Assembly (NCBI GenBank): GCA_965248195.1
Contig: CBDFIQ010000001.1
Location: 480,001 to 544,000 of the forward strand
Length of the DNA stretch: 64,000 nt
From: Longimicrobiales bacterium
GTDB lineage: Bacteria; Gemmatimonadota; Gemmatimonadetes; Longimicrobiales; Gaopeijiaceae
Direction: 5' to 3'
Made by a program: the position numbers and the translations under genes. The notes beneath the pieces are model-generated. The model ran no database searches. It was not told the DNA's origin and worked only from the letters and a program-made list of their open reading frames with translations. Shown here one piece after another: positions 49,743 to 60,800 of this stretch. The first letter of the stretch is position 1; each line of letters begins with the position of its first letter.

Positions 49743-51779
49743 ATGATGGAGTCGAGGTACTCAGATCCGACGTCGGGCCCGCCGCCTCATGCGGGCCCAC
49801 CACATCACCCGGGCTCACGACATCACGTGGGCCCACTACATCCCCTGGGCTCACCACATCACTCGAGCGCGGTATGTCACGTTGCGGCACGAGCGCTGGC
49901 CGCCGCACTGGCCTTCTTGCCAGGGGCCGCCGCCCATGCTCACAGCACCCTTCCGTCCCTTCCCATCACCCAGGACCAGAGCTTCGAAGTTTTCGAGGCC
50001 TCGATCCCCGACCTCCAGGAAGCGATGGCAGACGGGCGGGTCACGGCGGTGCAGCTCGTGGACGCATACCTGGCCAGAATCAGCGCCTACGACCAAGGAG
50101 GTCCTGCGCTGAACAGTATGGTCTACCTGAACCCGAACGCCCGGGCGCAGGCGGCGGCACTCGACCAGGAGCGCGCACTCCGTGGGACCAGGGGACCGCT
50201 CCACGGTATCCCGATCATCCTGAAAGACAATTACGACACGGCGGACCTGCCGACTTCAGGCGGATCCATCGCGCTGGCCGGCATGCTCCCCCCCGATGAC
50301 GCCTTCCAGGTCCGCAAGCTGCGGGAGGCCGGAGCAGTCATTCTGGGAAAATCCAACATGCACGAGCTGGCGGCCGGGATCACGACCATCAGTTCGGTTG
50401 GAGGTCAAACCCGTAACCCGTATGACCCGTCCCGGAACCCCGGCGGATCCAGTGGTGGGACCGGTGCGGCGATCGCGGCCAGCTTCGCGGCCATCGGATG
50501 GGGCAGCGACACCTGCGGATCGATTCGCATTCCTGCCTCACACCACAACCTTTTTGGGCTCCGTCCGACCAAGGGGCTCTCGAGTATCGACGGGATCATC
50601 CCCCTATCACACACACAGGACGTGGGTGGCCCGTTGGCCCGCACCGCGACGGACCTCGCCATCGGGCTGGACGCGACCATAGGAGCGGACGCGGCCGACC
50701 CGGCCACCCGGATCCTGGCGGATCGACCTCTCCCCGGGTTCGTGGACGCGCTCGACGCCGAGGCTCTTCAGGGGGCCCGGCTCGGGGTGCTGACCATGCT
50801 GTTCGGCGAGGCTACGGAGGACCGGGAGCACGCTGAGTTGGTTCGAGCCGCTCTCGACAGCATGAGTGAAGCCGGAGCGGAGCTCATCGACATCGAGATC
50901 CCAGGTTTGGATTCCATCCTGTCCGGGTCGAGCATGATCGGGCTCGAGTTCAAGTGGGACCTCATCGATTACTTGGCCGTCACGCCTGCCGCACAGGTCA
51001 AGTCCCTCCAAGACATCCTCGATCGGGGCCTCTATCACGTTCGATTGGAGGCCAACTTCCGGCGGCGCGCTGCTACGGAGGAGATGGACAGCGTCGCGTA
51101 CAGCCGTGCCATGGCCAAACGTGCCGCGGCACGCGACGCCGTGCTCGCGACCATGGATGAGCTATCCCTCGACGCCCTGGTCTACCCCACGATACGTCGT
51201 AGGGCAGCCCAAATCGGGGATCCCCAGCGAGGCTCGAACTGCCAACTGAGCGCGACGACGGGGCTTCCGGCGCTGAGCGTCCCTGCGGGTTTTACAAGTG
51301 CGGGGCTTCCCACCGGACTCGAGTTGCTCGGTGGACCGTTGGAAGACGCACGATTGCTGGCGCTGGGATTCGCCTACGAGCAATCTACCCAGCCCCGGCG
51401 CGCCCCGGGGCGTACGCCGCCGTTGGAGGACGGCCGGGCTCCCGAGCCCGTCACGTTCGTAGTCGTCGCGCAGGGGGGCCGTGCCACCGCTCAGGTTCTC
51501 TTTTCGTGGGATGTCGGCACGAGTGCCTTGTCGTATGAGGCGACCGTTTCCGGAATACCGGCTGAAGAAATCCGTGGGGTGGGCCTGCACCGGGCGCAGA
51601 GGGACCAAGAGGGCGGGGTCATATACCGGCTCTCGGGTCCGGTCGGCCAAGAGATGTCTGGCACGATTACCTTGAGCGCTGGAGGGCGGGAAGCTTTGAT
51701 GGGGGGTGACCTCTACCTACGCCTGTACTCGGCGGAGGTCCCCTCCGACGGGCCACGGGCCCCACTCCCCGTTCCCTGA
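49743..51779 (+). CDS. Amidase-signature enzyme with C-terminal CHRD-like domain
   Basis: LKDN, GGSSGG, GSDTCGSIR; LH...G...GDLYL C-terminus. Confidence 0.92.
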   Translation: MMESRYSDPTSGPPPHAGPPHHPGSRHHVGPLHPLGSPHHSSAVCHVAARALAAALAFLPGAAAHAHSTLPSLPITQDQSFEVFEASIPDLQEAMADGRVTAVQLVDAYLARISAYDQGGPALNSMVYLNPNARAQAAALDQERALRGTRGPLHGIPIILKDNYDTADLPTSGGSIALAGMLPPDDAFQVRKLREAGAVILGKSNMHELAAGITTISSVGGQTRNPYDPSRNPGGSSGGTGAAIAASFAAIGWGSDTCGSIRIPASHHNLFGLRPTKGLSSIDGIIPLSHTQDVGGPLARTATDLAIGLDATIGADAADPATRILADRPLPGFVDALDAEALQGARLGVLTMLFGEATEDREHAELVRAALDSMSEAGAELIDIEIPGLDSILSGSSMIGLEFKWDLIDYLAVTPAAQVKSLQDILDRGLYHVRLEANFRRRAATEEMDSVAYSRAMAKRAAARDAVLATMDELSLDALVYPTIRRRAAQIGDPQRGSNCQLSATTGLPALSVPAGFTSAGLPTGLELLGGPLEDARLLALGFAYEQSTQPRRAPGRTPPLEDGRAPEPVTFVVVAQGGRATAQVLFSWDVGTSALSYEATVSGIPAEEIRGVGLHRAQRDQEGGVIYRLSGPVGQEMSGTITLSAGGREALMGGDLYLRLYSAEVPSDGPRAPLPVP

Positions 51780-51923
51780 TGACTCGACGTTGCCTCGACC
51801 GATGACGTCGGGTCGGTTCGGCCCACTGACTCCGGGCGTGCACGGGTGTACTTCTAGCCGTGGCCTGAGTATTCTATTGGGTGAACCCAGGTAAGTCGAT
51901 CGTTCAGGAGTGAAGAATAAGTC

Positions 51924-52328
51924 ATGGCCAAGCCTCCCCTCCCGTTGATCGTGAAGTGGAGAGACCTCGCTCAAGAGGGTCGGTTCTATACCGACATCGC
52001 CAAGGATTACCCCGACTATACGGCAAGTCAGATCCGGCATTATTGCCTCGGACACTCCGGCGCCAAGGCTCCGGGTCCGATACAAAAACGTAGGCGTTGG
52101 TCCGACAACCCCTGGCTCCAGGGAGAAAAGTCGCCCCACGCGCTCCTGGACGAAAAACAGGTTCGGGACGTCTTGGGAGACTGGGATGACGAGAAGGGCT
52201 ACTGGCGTAACGCCGCCGGACACTGGGCCAAGCTTCTGAGAGTCTCACCGAGTACGATTCTAGCGGTCCGGCGGGGCGACACGTGGAAACACCTTAACCA
52301 CCCCAACGCCGGCCGTAAGAAGCAGTAG
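51924..52328 (+). CDS. Small basic HTH-containing protein
   Basis: GEKSPHALLDEKQVRDV...VSPSTILAVRRGDTWKH. Confidence 0.7.
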   Translation: MAKPPLPLIVKWRDLAQEGRFYTDIAKDYPDYTASQIRHYCLGHSGAKAPGPIQKRRRWSDNPWLQGEKSPHALLDEKQVRDVLGDWDDEKGYWRNAAGHWAKLLRVSPSTILAVRRGDTWKHLNHPNAGRKKQ

Positions 52329-52334
52329 GGCTAC

Positions 52335-53387
52335 CTACATACGGCGGCAATCTCTCTCAAGGCGATCCCTGGCCCTTTCCGGGGATTCGATATCCTCGTA
52401 AAAGTCGTCGATGTATTCCACCACATCCCTGCCACTGTCCTCTTCCAGCCCCTCTTGGCTGGTGTAGAGCGCTACGAGATCCGTGCGAATCCCTAGGAGC
52501 TGGGCGTAGACCGTCGAGAAATCGAAATTCGGACGGCAGAAACCCCGGTAAATCCGCTGCCGCACGCTCCTGATGCCTAGGCCTTCATTGGGCCGAGCGT
52601 ATCGCGTCGACACGAACCCCGTCCAGTCGAAGTCGTAAGGGACCGGAACGTAAGCACCCCTAGGAGTCCGCAAGACTTCGACGTTGTGGAAGCGCACCAT
52701 CGACCAGTCGGTATTGCCGACCATGTACTGGAAGACTGACATGCGCACGGCCTCTTCGGCGCCGAAGTTATTTGGGCTAGCCTGTTGGATCTCCAAGAAC
52801 AGCGCCCCCAACCGCTCCGCCATCGCCTCGGATTCCTCCCTAAAGAACGCATACCGAACCACGGGGTCATCGTCGTCTTCCCCGTCGGCATACGTGACGC
52901 GGGCCAACCTCACCCGGAAGCTCTCATCGGTCAGGAGGTTGAAGGTACGGTAGACGAGATACTCCTCGAGAACGTGCTGTTCATCATCATCTCGGTCCCG
53001 GCAATGGCTGACCAGCCTGATCCCGTTCTGTCCATCGAAGACCGTCCCGCCCATGCTGTTCCTGGGAAAGTTGACTCGCAGGGGAGGGAACCGGCAATTC
53101 TCGAGCCTGTAGAGTCCCCGTGTTCTGACCCGGATATCGATCGTGCGCTCAGCGCCCTCATCGTCGATCATTCTCAGGATCGCGGGTCGGTATTCGCTGT
53201 CCTGCTCCCGGTCGCCTCGAAGGGCCCCATAGTCGGTCTCGATCGTAAACTCGATCAGCTCATGGGAGGAGAAGAGGGCCGGAACCTGTGGTTCATCGAG
53301 GGCTGGAGCCTGCCCAGCCGCCCTCACCGGGGCGATCGAAATGAGCACCGCCACACAACACAGCAGTACGGGATATGCTATTTTCAT
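52335..53387 (-). CDS. Secreted protein, CotH/kinase-like fold suspected
   Basis: RTRG, EYLVY, MVGNTDWS...HN...PYDFD. Confidence 0.75.
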   Translation of the reverse strand: MKIAYPVLLCCVAVLISIAPVRAAGQAPALDEPQVPALFSSHELIEFTIETDYGALRGDREQDSEYRPAILRMIDDEGAERTIDIRVRTRGLYRLENCRFPPLRVNFPRNSMGGTVFDGQNGIRLVSHCRDRDDDEQHVLEEYLVYRTFNLLTDESFRVRLARVTYADGEDDDDPVVRYAFFREESEAMAERLGALFLEIQQASPNNFGAEEAVRMSVFQYMVGNTDWSMVRFHNVEVLRTPRGAYVPVPYDFDWTGFVSTRYARPNEGLGIRSVRQRIYRGFCRPNFDFSTVYAQLLGIRTDLVALYTSQEGLEEDSGRDVVEYIDDFYEDIESPERARDRLERDCRRM

Positions 53388-54492
53388 GCCGGTTCCCTCC
53401 GCTTGGCTCGACTCCTGAGTGACCGTAGCTCGGCGGCCTGAACGTGGTCGCCACCCTCCTTGCGAATCGTGTCCAACATGAGGCCGGGCTGCACGCCGGG
53501 CTTGAGGCGGACCAGGTACTGGAGAACGGATGCACCGTCACTCCCAGGGATGATCTCGGCCAACCGCCACCGTACGGCCATATCCTTCAGCGGGCCCTCG
53601 ACCACTTTCTGTGCCTCGCCGGCGAGCTTCGTATAAATAAGCAGGACCGCGTAGAGCTTTTTCTCCGTATGAACGTCCGTCTCCTCATCCAGGTACTGCT
53701 CGAGGCGAGCCACCCGGCCAACCATCTCCCCAAGATCCGTTTGCGGCATCGCCGTGAGCAACGCCTGGTCTCCGATCGAAAGCGCCGTTTTCGCTGACGC
53801 CGGCCCGGCCAAAACGTCTCCGAGCCCAAGGGCGGAAGTACGGTGCATCTGGTCCACATAGATGTTGCCGAATCTCCTCTTCCACAGAACCAGATTGACG
53901 ACATTGAATACGACGGACGCGAGGAGGGCGGTCCCGAGTCTTCCGCTGCCGGCCGCGAGGCCGACGCCGATCGCGAGAAAGACGTACACCGCATCTTTCG
54001 TGTCCTCCAGGGTCGTCCGGAACCGCACGGCCGCGACGATTCCGGCAAGGCTGAAGGCGAGAGTCAAGCTGGTTTTGACAACGATGACGATCCCGGTCAC
54101 CACCACCGGTAGGATGATCAGGGTGTGTACGACCGATTGGTCGTATCCGCCGCCCTTTTGATGATGATGTACGTCCAAGCCACCGGAATCATGATGGCGA
54201 GGGCTCCAAGCAAAGAAAGGGCCTCAACAGCCAGGCCCGCCCAACCTGGGACACCTGGCTCCTCTGCCATCGGGACACCACCGAACGTGCTCGTGATCTC
54301 GTCCGTAAAGGCCGCATCACCGCCGGCTTCGAGGAATGCCTCGGTCAGCCCAGGGTTCGCCCACAGAAGAGCCGCCACGGCGCCTAAGAAAACGACGTAA
54401 TAACCAACGACTCGAATCAACGGCCGTGCGACTCCACCTCCGCCCGGGGCCTTCGCCTCGGAGGTCCCCCCGTTCCCGGTGGCCTCGCTCAC
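53384..54492 (-). pseudogene. DUF4956-like membrane protein with a frameshift near 54155
   Basis: Frame 1 ends WTYIIIKR; frame 2 continues GGYDQSVVHTL...AFSLAGIVAAVRFR. Confidence 0.8.
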
Positions 54493-54908
54493 AGCGCGTT
54501 CTCGCTTCCGAACTCGGCGAGCAGCTCGTCGTCGAGGTCATCCGCATATTCAGAGGTCCAGAGGATGAGATCGATGAGCTCGCCCGGATCAAGGTCCTCG
54601 ACAGGACGCCCGGAGGTGAGGCAGACCAGGCCATCGCCGTCTATGGAAAACGCCGCTCGGCCGAGAGAGGCATGGTTCAACTCGAGCAGGCGCTCATAGA
54701 AAGCGGCATCGGCGGTCTCGGGAACCCTCATGATGGAGAGGCGGACCACGACGAGGCTTTCGGCGTGCTCGGGGTCGTTCACGACGCGCACCGAGCCGGT
54801 GGCCGAGCCCCGCTCGATGGGTTCCTCGAAGCCGGCGACAAGGGTCTCGTCCTCGAGACCGTCGAGAATGCGGTCCACCAGATCCATCAACGAGCGTATT
54901 GCGGGCAT
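54489..54908 (-). CDS. YbjN/CesT-like chaperone-fold protein
   Basis: FYERLLELN, AAFSID, DDLDDEL. Confidence 0.75.
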   Translation of the reverse strand: MPAIRSLMDLVDRILDGLEDETLVAGFEEPIERGSATGSVRVVNDPEHAESLVVVRLSIMRVPETADAAFYERLLELNHASLGRAAFSIDGDGLVCLTSGRPVEDLDPGELIDLILWTSEYADDLDDELLAEFGSENAL

Positions 54909-54956
54909 GAGGCAACTTCGGGAGCTATCGACTGGCTGGCAAGCAGAAAAGCCCGC

Positions 54957-56057
54957 TTACATCTCCTCCCACCAGGTGGAGCCCAACGGTCGGAAGTGGC
55001 TCAACCGCCTACCCGCCTTGAACGCCATGCAGCGGTTGTGGTAGACGTAGTGGTCCTCCCCGTAGACGGTCAAAGACCCCAGCCCGTCCAGTCCGCCAAC
55101 CACTAGCCCATTGATCGTGAAAGCGTCGTCGTCGTCGGGCGTGACGCGTCCCGCGAGAACGACGCCATTCCAGGTGAAATTGTCGCCGGGTGTAAAACGT
55201 CCCCCTACGATGAGCACACCTCTTCCGCAAGCGCTGGAGGGCGCGGTCAGATTCCCACTCCACCGGGTCACCGTGAAGGAGTCGGCGGGCAACGCGCACG
55301 AGGGCCAAGTGTTCTGGTAGTCCACCGGGAAGTTCGTACTCGTCAACAATGACCAATCGATCCCCAAGGAATCCAGGACCGCAGCGTAAGACCCGTAGGT
55401 CAAAGAATCCGCGCTTCCGTTGAGGGGGGAGCCGCTGATGTCCAGGCCCCCAGAGCCCATCAGCATCCCGACGATGTCCTCGGAGGTCTGCTCACAATCC
55501 GCCACTGACGCCTGGTCGTTGCCCCACAACCTCGTGTCGTCAACGAGGTCGACATCCCCCGATGCCTGGGTCACTGCCGCCACATGGTCCAGCGCGACTT
55601 CGCGCTTGACGGCGTACTGATAGACGGTCCGGCGCGCCGCGGATCCGGTGAAGGTCGGATCGGTATACACCCCTTCGGACCCCAGCAGGTAGAGCGTCTC
55701 GAAGTCACTGATCTCGGACACCAGCCGCACGGTGACCACGGCGTCCCCACCCTCGATCGAATACGTGACGGTATCCTCGTGAACGCCGATCTGCTTGCCG
55801 ATGTAGGACCGCAGGCCGGCCCGGGCGATGGAGAGCGCAGTTTGGGTCTCCTTGGCGTGGACCGACAGCAACGCCTCGCTGAGCACTATCTGGTAGCCCG
55901 CAGCGCCGGCCACCCCAATGCCAAAAAGGAGCAGGACCACCAGCGCAAGCACGAACCCGCCTCTGGGGTCGTCGATGACCTCGAGCCCGCTGTGCCTCAC
56001 CTGGGGCGAGCCTGCCGTGCTCAATTCCTGTTTCTCAAGGGAATACCCACGGTCCAC
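54957..56057 (-). CDS. PilX-like minor pilin
   Basis: GFVLALVVLLL N-terminus, ARAGL; last gene of the pilin cluster. Confidence 0.75.
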   Translation of the reverse strand: MDRGYSLEKQELSTAGSPQVRHSGLEVIDDPRGGFVLALVVLLLFGIGVAGAAGYQIVLSEALLSVHAKETQTALSIARAGLRSYIGKQIGVHEDTVTYSIEGGDAVVTVRLVSEISDFETLYLLGSEGVYTDPTFTGSAARRTVYQYAVKREVALDHVAAVTQASGDVDLVDDTRLWGNDQASVADCEQTSEDIVGMLMGSGGLDISGSPLNGSADSLTYGSYAAVLDSLGIDWSLLTSTNFPVDYQNTWPSCALPADSFTVTRWSGNLTAPSSACGRGVLIVGGRFTPGDNFTWNGVVLAGRVTPDDDDAFTINGLVVGGLDGLGSLTVYGEDHYVYHNRCMAFKAGRRLSHFRPLGSTWWEEM

Positions 56058-56854
56058 TCATAGGAGTAGGAGTTGATGCCTCCGATGGAGTCGGTGGCGA
56101 TGGCGGACGCGGTCACGCGAATTTTTTCTATATTGGCCAATGATGCCCCCGTGATCGAGTTCTGGTAGAAAGAGCTCGGCAGTCTGTACTGGAATCCCGT
56201 GTCGGGCTTGATACCGGTCGCAAACTCCCGAAGCGTGTCTCCCGTCACACCACGGTAAACCGCCAGCGTCTGTGGATCGAGCTCCGATTGATCGATCTTG
56301 AACTCCACCTCCCGGTAGATCATGATGACCTCCCCGAGAGTGGCCCCTGCGGGGATCGACAGGCGCCCGAAGTCAGCAGTGGCACCCACGGTATCGGCGC
56401 CGCTCTGTGTCAGGCACTCGTTGGCATCGACGGCACCGGAAGACAGGAGGAGGTTGGACCAGTTGTCCGCCGTGTACGTCCAAGTTCCGCTGCCGTCCTG
56501 CCTGGCGTATCCGGCGACCTCGTCTCCGTCTATCTTGGTGAGGCCCGGCATGTACACATAGCCCTCAGTGGGGCTTTGTGAGCATACCCCTCCCATCGCG
56601 ATCGGAAGGCGCACCACGAAGCGTCGGTTCTCGGCCGTGGTGACCCCGCCGCCTGCCACACCCCGGACCTCGGAGGCAATGAGGTCGGTCACCACGCGGA
56701 GATTATCCTGAACGCGGGTCCGTTGGACGACGAAGCGGTAGAAGTTGTTCTGCGTCAGGAAAACCGAGGACACCAGACCCACGATGACGGAAGAAAGAGT
56801 GAGGGCCACCAGAGCTTCGAGGAGGGTGAAGCCGGCTTGGCGACGCCTTACCAG
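56021..56854 (-). CDS. PilW/PulJ-like prepilin (start approximate)
   Basis: AGFTLLEALVAL type IV cleavage motif. Confidence 0.85.
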   Translation of the reverse strand: MVRRRQAGFTLLEALVALTLSSVIVGLVSSVFLTQNNFYRFVVQRTRVQDNLRVVTDLIASEVRGVAGGGVTTAENRRFVVRLPIAMGGVCSQSPTEGYVYMPGLTKIDGDEVAGYARQDGSGTWTYTADNWSNLLLSSGAVDANECLTQSGADTVGATADFGRLSIPAGATLGEVIMIYREVEFKIDQSELDPQTLAVYRGVTGDTLREFATGIKPDTGFQYRLPSSFYQNSITGASLANIEKIRVTASAIATDSIGGINSYSYEWTVGIPLRNRN

Positions 56855-57240
56855 ACGCGGTCCACGAAGGCGGAGCCCTTGAAGGACGGCCCCGAGCCGC
56901 TCGAGGGGACGCCCGATACCGCGACGTGGCGGACAACCGCCGTCGAGTCGCTCACCGTCACCGACCAGGTATACGTTTCTCCGCGAATCGACGTCGAGGA
57001 CGTGGTCGTGCCGACGGTCAGCGCAGCGTAATCCACCAACTCCAGGCTGTCCAACCGCTCCTGCCCTACGAGGGCGAGCTCGGATCGGAGAGCCGCCCTC
57101 TCCATCTGCAGGGACAGGGTGCCTCCTAGTCCCATGACCATCAGCACTCCCATGGAGAAAATCACCAGGGCGCCGATGACTTCGATCAGCGTGAAGCCAT
57201 CCGCCGACAAGCGCAAAACCTTGTGACGTCTTGTACTCAA
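56848..57240 (-). CDS. PilV/PulI-like prepilin
   Basis: DGFTLIEVIGAL. Confidence 0.85.
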   Translation of the reverse strand: MSTRRHKVLRLSADGFTLIEVIGALVIFSMGVLMVMGLGGTLSLQMERAALRSELALVGQERLDSLELVDYAALTVGTTTSSTSIRGETYTWSVTVSDSTAVVRHVAVSGVPSSGSGPSFKGSAFVDRVW

Positions 57241-57743
57241 CGCGAGTCGACCTTTGAGGCTCCCATGACGTTAAAAGATACATCGTATACGTTCACTCCA
57301 GCCGCAAAGCTGGCCGTCCCCAGAGGAGACCCCGAGCCACTCAGGTCACCCACGCCGCGAGCATCGAAGACCAAACTGTCCTCGGTCAATTGAAGATTCA
57401 CAGAGTCGAGCGGAATATCATCGTCCCGACCAAACTCTCTCCTTAAGATCGTATCGCCCGACTCCAGCCTGATGACATAGCTACCGCCAGCCTCATCAAA
57501 ATCCACGATAACCACCTCCCTGCCCCTTACGGCATTGGTCCGGGCAAGGCTCAGGTCCATCGCGAAGACCTGAGCAGCCCGCTGGGCAGCCGTTCGAGAT
57601 TGGTAACTCGAAAACACGGCCGAAGCCAGCCCCAGCGTAATCGTGAAGAGAATGAGGGAAACCAGCATCTCGCCCACAGTAAACCCTAGCTGGGTCGAGG
57701 AATCCTCACCTCTCGTCACGACCTCGTCGGCGATGCGCCTCAT
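57237..57743 (-). CDS. FimT/GspH-like prepilin
   Basis: LGFTVGEMLV, DLSLARTNAV, FDARG. Confidence 0.82.
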   Translation of the reverse strand: MRRIADEVVTRGEDSSTQLGFTVGEMLVSLILFTITLGLASAVFSSYQSRTAAQRAAQVFAMDLSLARTNAVRGREVVIVDFDEAGGSYVIRLESGDTILRREFGRDDDIPLDSVNLQLTEDSLVFDARGVGDLSGSGSPLGTASFAAGVNVYDVSFNVMGASKVDSR

Positions 57744-57851
57744 GTATTTGACCGTTAAAGCTCCTCCCGGTGCCAATGCCCCAATCAAAGATCGGCCACA
57801 AACGGCCGTGACTCAACCATTTCGTGATCCCACCCACACACACGGACCGTA

Positions 57852-60800
57852 TCATTCTGATGCCGCCGGCGTCCCCTCGCCACCCGTGGCCATGCGCGAA
57901 ATTTCACGCACCGCCACCGCAAGTCCTGAAATAGAGATGGCGTCCTCCGCCCTGATTTCCTCCATTAGATCGCGGAAGCGAACGAACTCACTCGTGCCTG
58001 TGTCGATTCCGCCGTCCTCACCGCACGACTTCAGTGCCCGCCAGGTCAGGCGATAGTGAGCGCGGCTCAGATCCTCAGCCAGGGCTTGCGCGGCCCGCTG
58101 CTCCCACCTGTCCTCCCCCGCGGACCCGAAGATCGCCTGCCGAAGCCATGGAACATGGAAAAGTTCAGATGCTCGGTAGTACGCACGTCCGGCCACCAGC
58201 GGTTTCGCGCCTGTTTCCTGGGCCACCCGCAAGATCTCGAGAAGTTGATCGAGAAATCGAAGCGTGATGAGACTCTTCGCGAGATCCGGGTCGGCTCCGT
58301 GACGCTCGATTTCGGCTAACCTTCGTTCGAATACGACCCGGTCATCCCCGGTCACAAACTCTGCGAAGTCGGCCCGCAACCTCCCGAGCCCGTGCCCGTG
58401 GCGCTCGATGACAGTGGCTGTCTGTTCGTTAACCTCGACGTTGAGCAGCAGCCAACGGGTGGTGCGTTCGAGCACACGAGCGAGGCCCAGCAGCCACCGA
58501 TAGGCAACGCTCGACGGCAGCGCGTCACCCTCACCGCTGACGCGTCGGGCCAGGGCGGCGTGGTCGGCAAGCCTGGCAGCGATCAGCCAAGCTCCAGCGA
58601 CCTCGGAGGGGGTGCGCCCTGTATCTCGCGAAACACGATTCACGAAGGTGGCGCCCATGAGATCGACGAGGTCGTTCGTGAGTTCGCAGGCGATGATTTC
58701 GCGACGCAGCCGATGGCGAGCGAGGCTCTCCTCGCCAGCCGCCTCCATTGCGGCAGCCGGAAAGTAATTCCGCAGGTAATCCTCGGCCGCCGGATCGTCC
58801 GGAAGGTCACTATTCAGCAAGCGACCCATCAGGTCGAGCTTGACGTACGCCAGGAGCACACAGAGCTCGGGGCGTGCCAGAGACCGGCCGAGCTCTTCGA
58901 GCCGAGTCCAGAGTACCTCCCACGTGGGGAGATTCTCAGCCGCCCGGTCGAGACCCCCTGTCTTCTCGAGCGAGGACATGACATCCCGAAAGTCATCCTG
59001 CCCGTCCTTGGCTCGGAGCTCGTCCAGAGATATCGCAAGGCTCTGGCTCTCGTTGTCGGCCAACACGAATGTCGCGACAGGGTCGGTCAATTCCTCCAGA
59101 ACGCGATTTCGGCGCTCCTCGTCCATGGACCCCGATCCGACCGAGTGTCCGAAGAGGATCTTGAGATTCACCTCGCGGTCGGAGAGGTCCACCCCGCCGG
59201 AGTTGTCCAAGGCATCCGTATTGATCCGACCGCGGCGTAGCGCGAAATCGATGCGGGCGCGCTGTGTGAAGCCGAGGTTGCCGCCCTCCCCTACGACTCG
59301 ACACCGCAACTCATCGGAGCTGACACGAACGGCATCGTTGGGCGGATCGCCCGCGTCGGCATTCGACTCGTCAGGGGCCTTCACGTAGGTGCCGACTCCA
59401 CCGCTCCAAAGAAGCTCGGCGGGAGCACGAAGCACGGCCTGAATCAGCGACTCGCCGTCCAGGGCTCCTGCATCATCCGGAATACCCAATACTTTTTTGG
59501 CCGCGGGCGTAAGATCCACTTCCTTTGCGCCCCGTGGAACGATCATCGCGCCCTCGCTCATGCAACTCCGATCGTAGTCCTCCCAGCTCGAGGGCCCGAG
59601 ACGAAAGACCCGCTCCCGCTCGCGGAAAGCGATCTCCGGGTCGGGAGCAGGATCGATGAAGACGTGCCGGTGGTCGAACGCAGCAATCAGCTTGATATGC
59701 CTCGAAAGAAGCATCCCGTTTCCGAAAACGTCACCGCTCATGTCCCCGATGCCCACGACCGTGAAGGGTTCGGACTGAATATCCTTCCCCCGCTCGCGGA
59801 AGTGGCGCTTCACGCACTCCCAAACACCGCGTGCGGTGATCCCGACCGTCTTGTGGTCGTATCCCGTGGATCCTCCCGAGGCGAAAGCATCTCCCAGCCA
59901 GAATCCGTATTCAGCCGCGACCGCATTGGCCACATCGGAGTAGCGCGACGTACCCTTATCCGCAGCAACCACCAGGTACGGATCGGGCGGGTCCCAGCAC
60001 ACAACGCTCTCGGGCGGCACCGTTGTGCCGTCGACGTCCAGGTTGTCTGTGAGATCGAGCAGGCCCCGGATCAAAGTCTTGTACTGCTCCAAGGCCTCGT
60101 CGGCCATCTCCTCCCTGTTGTGCAGCGTCCGTAGGGTGATGAACCCCCCCTTGGATCCGGCCGGAACGATGACCGCATTCTTGACCATCTGGGTGTTGAC
60201 GAGTCCGAGGATCTCGGTACGGAAGTCATCCCGGCGATCACTGTAGCGGATCCCTCCGCGGGCAACCAACGCGCCCCGCAGGTGAACCCCCTCCAGCCTC
60301 GAGGATCGCACCCACACCTCAGAGAGGAGCCTTGTCGGTGCGATGTCCTGGAGCTCTCCTACGGCGATCTTGAAGGATACGTACGGCACGCCCCCCGATC
60401 GGCGCGTTGGAGCCCGCCCTCCGTTCCGGAAAAAATTCGTGCGCACTGTGGCGGAGACGAGGGCGGACATCCTCCGGAGCGCCCGATCATCCGCGAGAAG
60501 CGACACCGACGTCATGAGCTGCGTCAGCAGCGACGTGAGATCGTCGACGAGTTCCCTGCGCCGCTCGAGGGACCCGCCGTCGAGGTCGAACTTCGCCTTG
60601 AAAATCTCGAAGAGAACCCGTGTGATATTCGAATAGGATAGCAGGGCGGTTGGAAGAGAGAGGCGACTCGGGACCACCCCTAGTTGGAACGCGTATGCGG
60701 CGTACGCCCTCAGGACATCCACCTCCCGCCATGAGAGGCCCACGAGAAGAACGAGCGCGTTGAGCGCATCGTTCGTGGCGTCGCCACGCCGCACCGCGAG

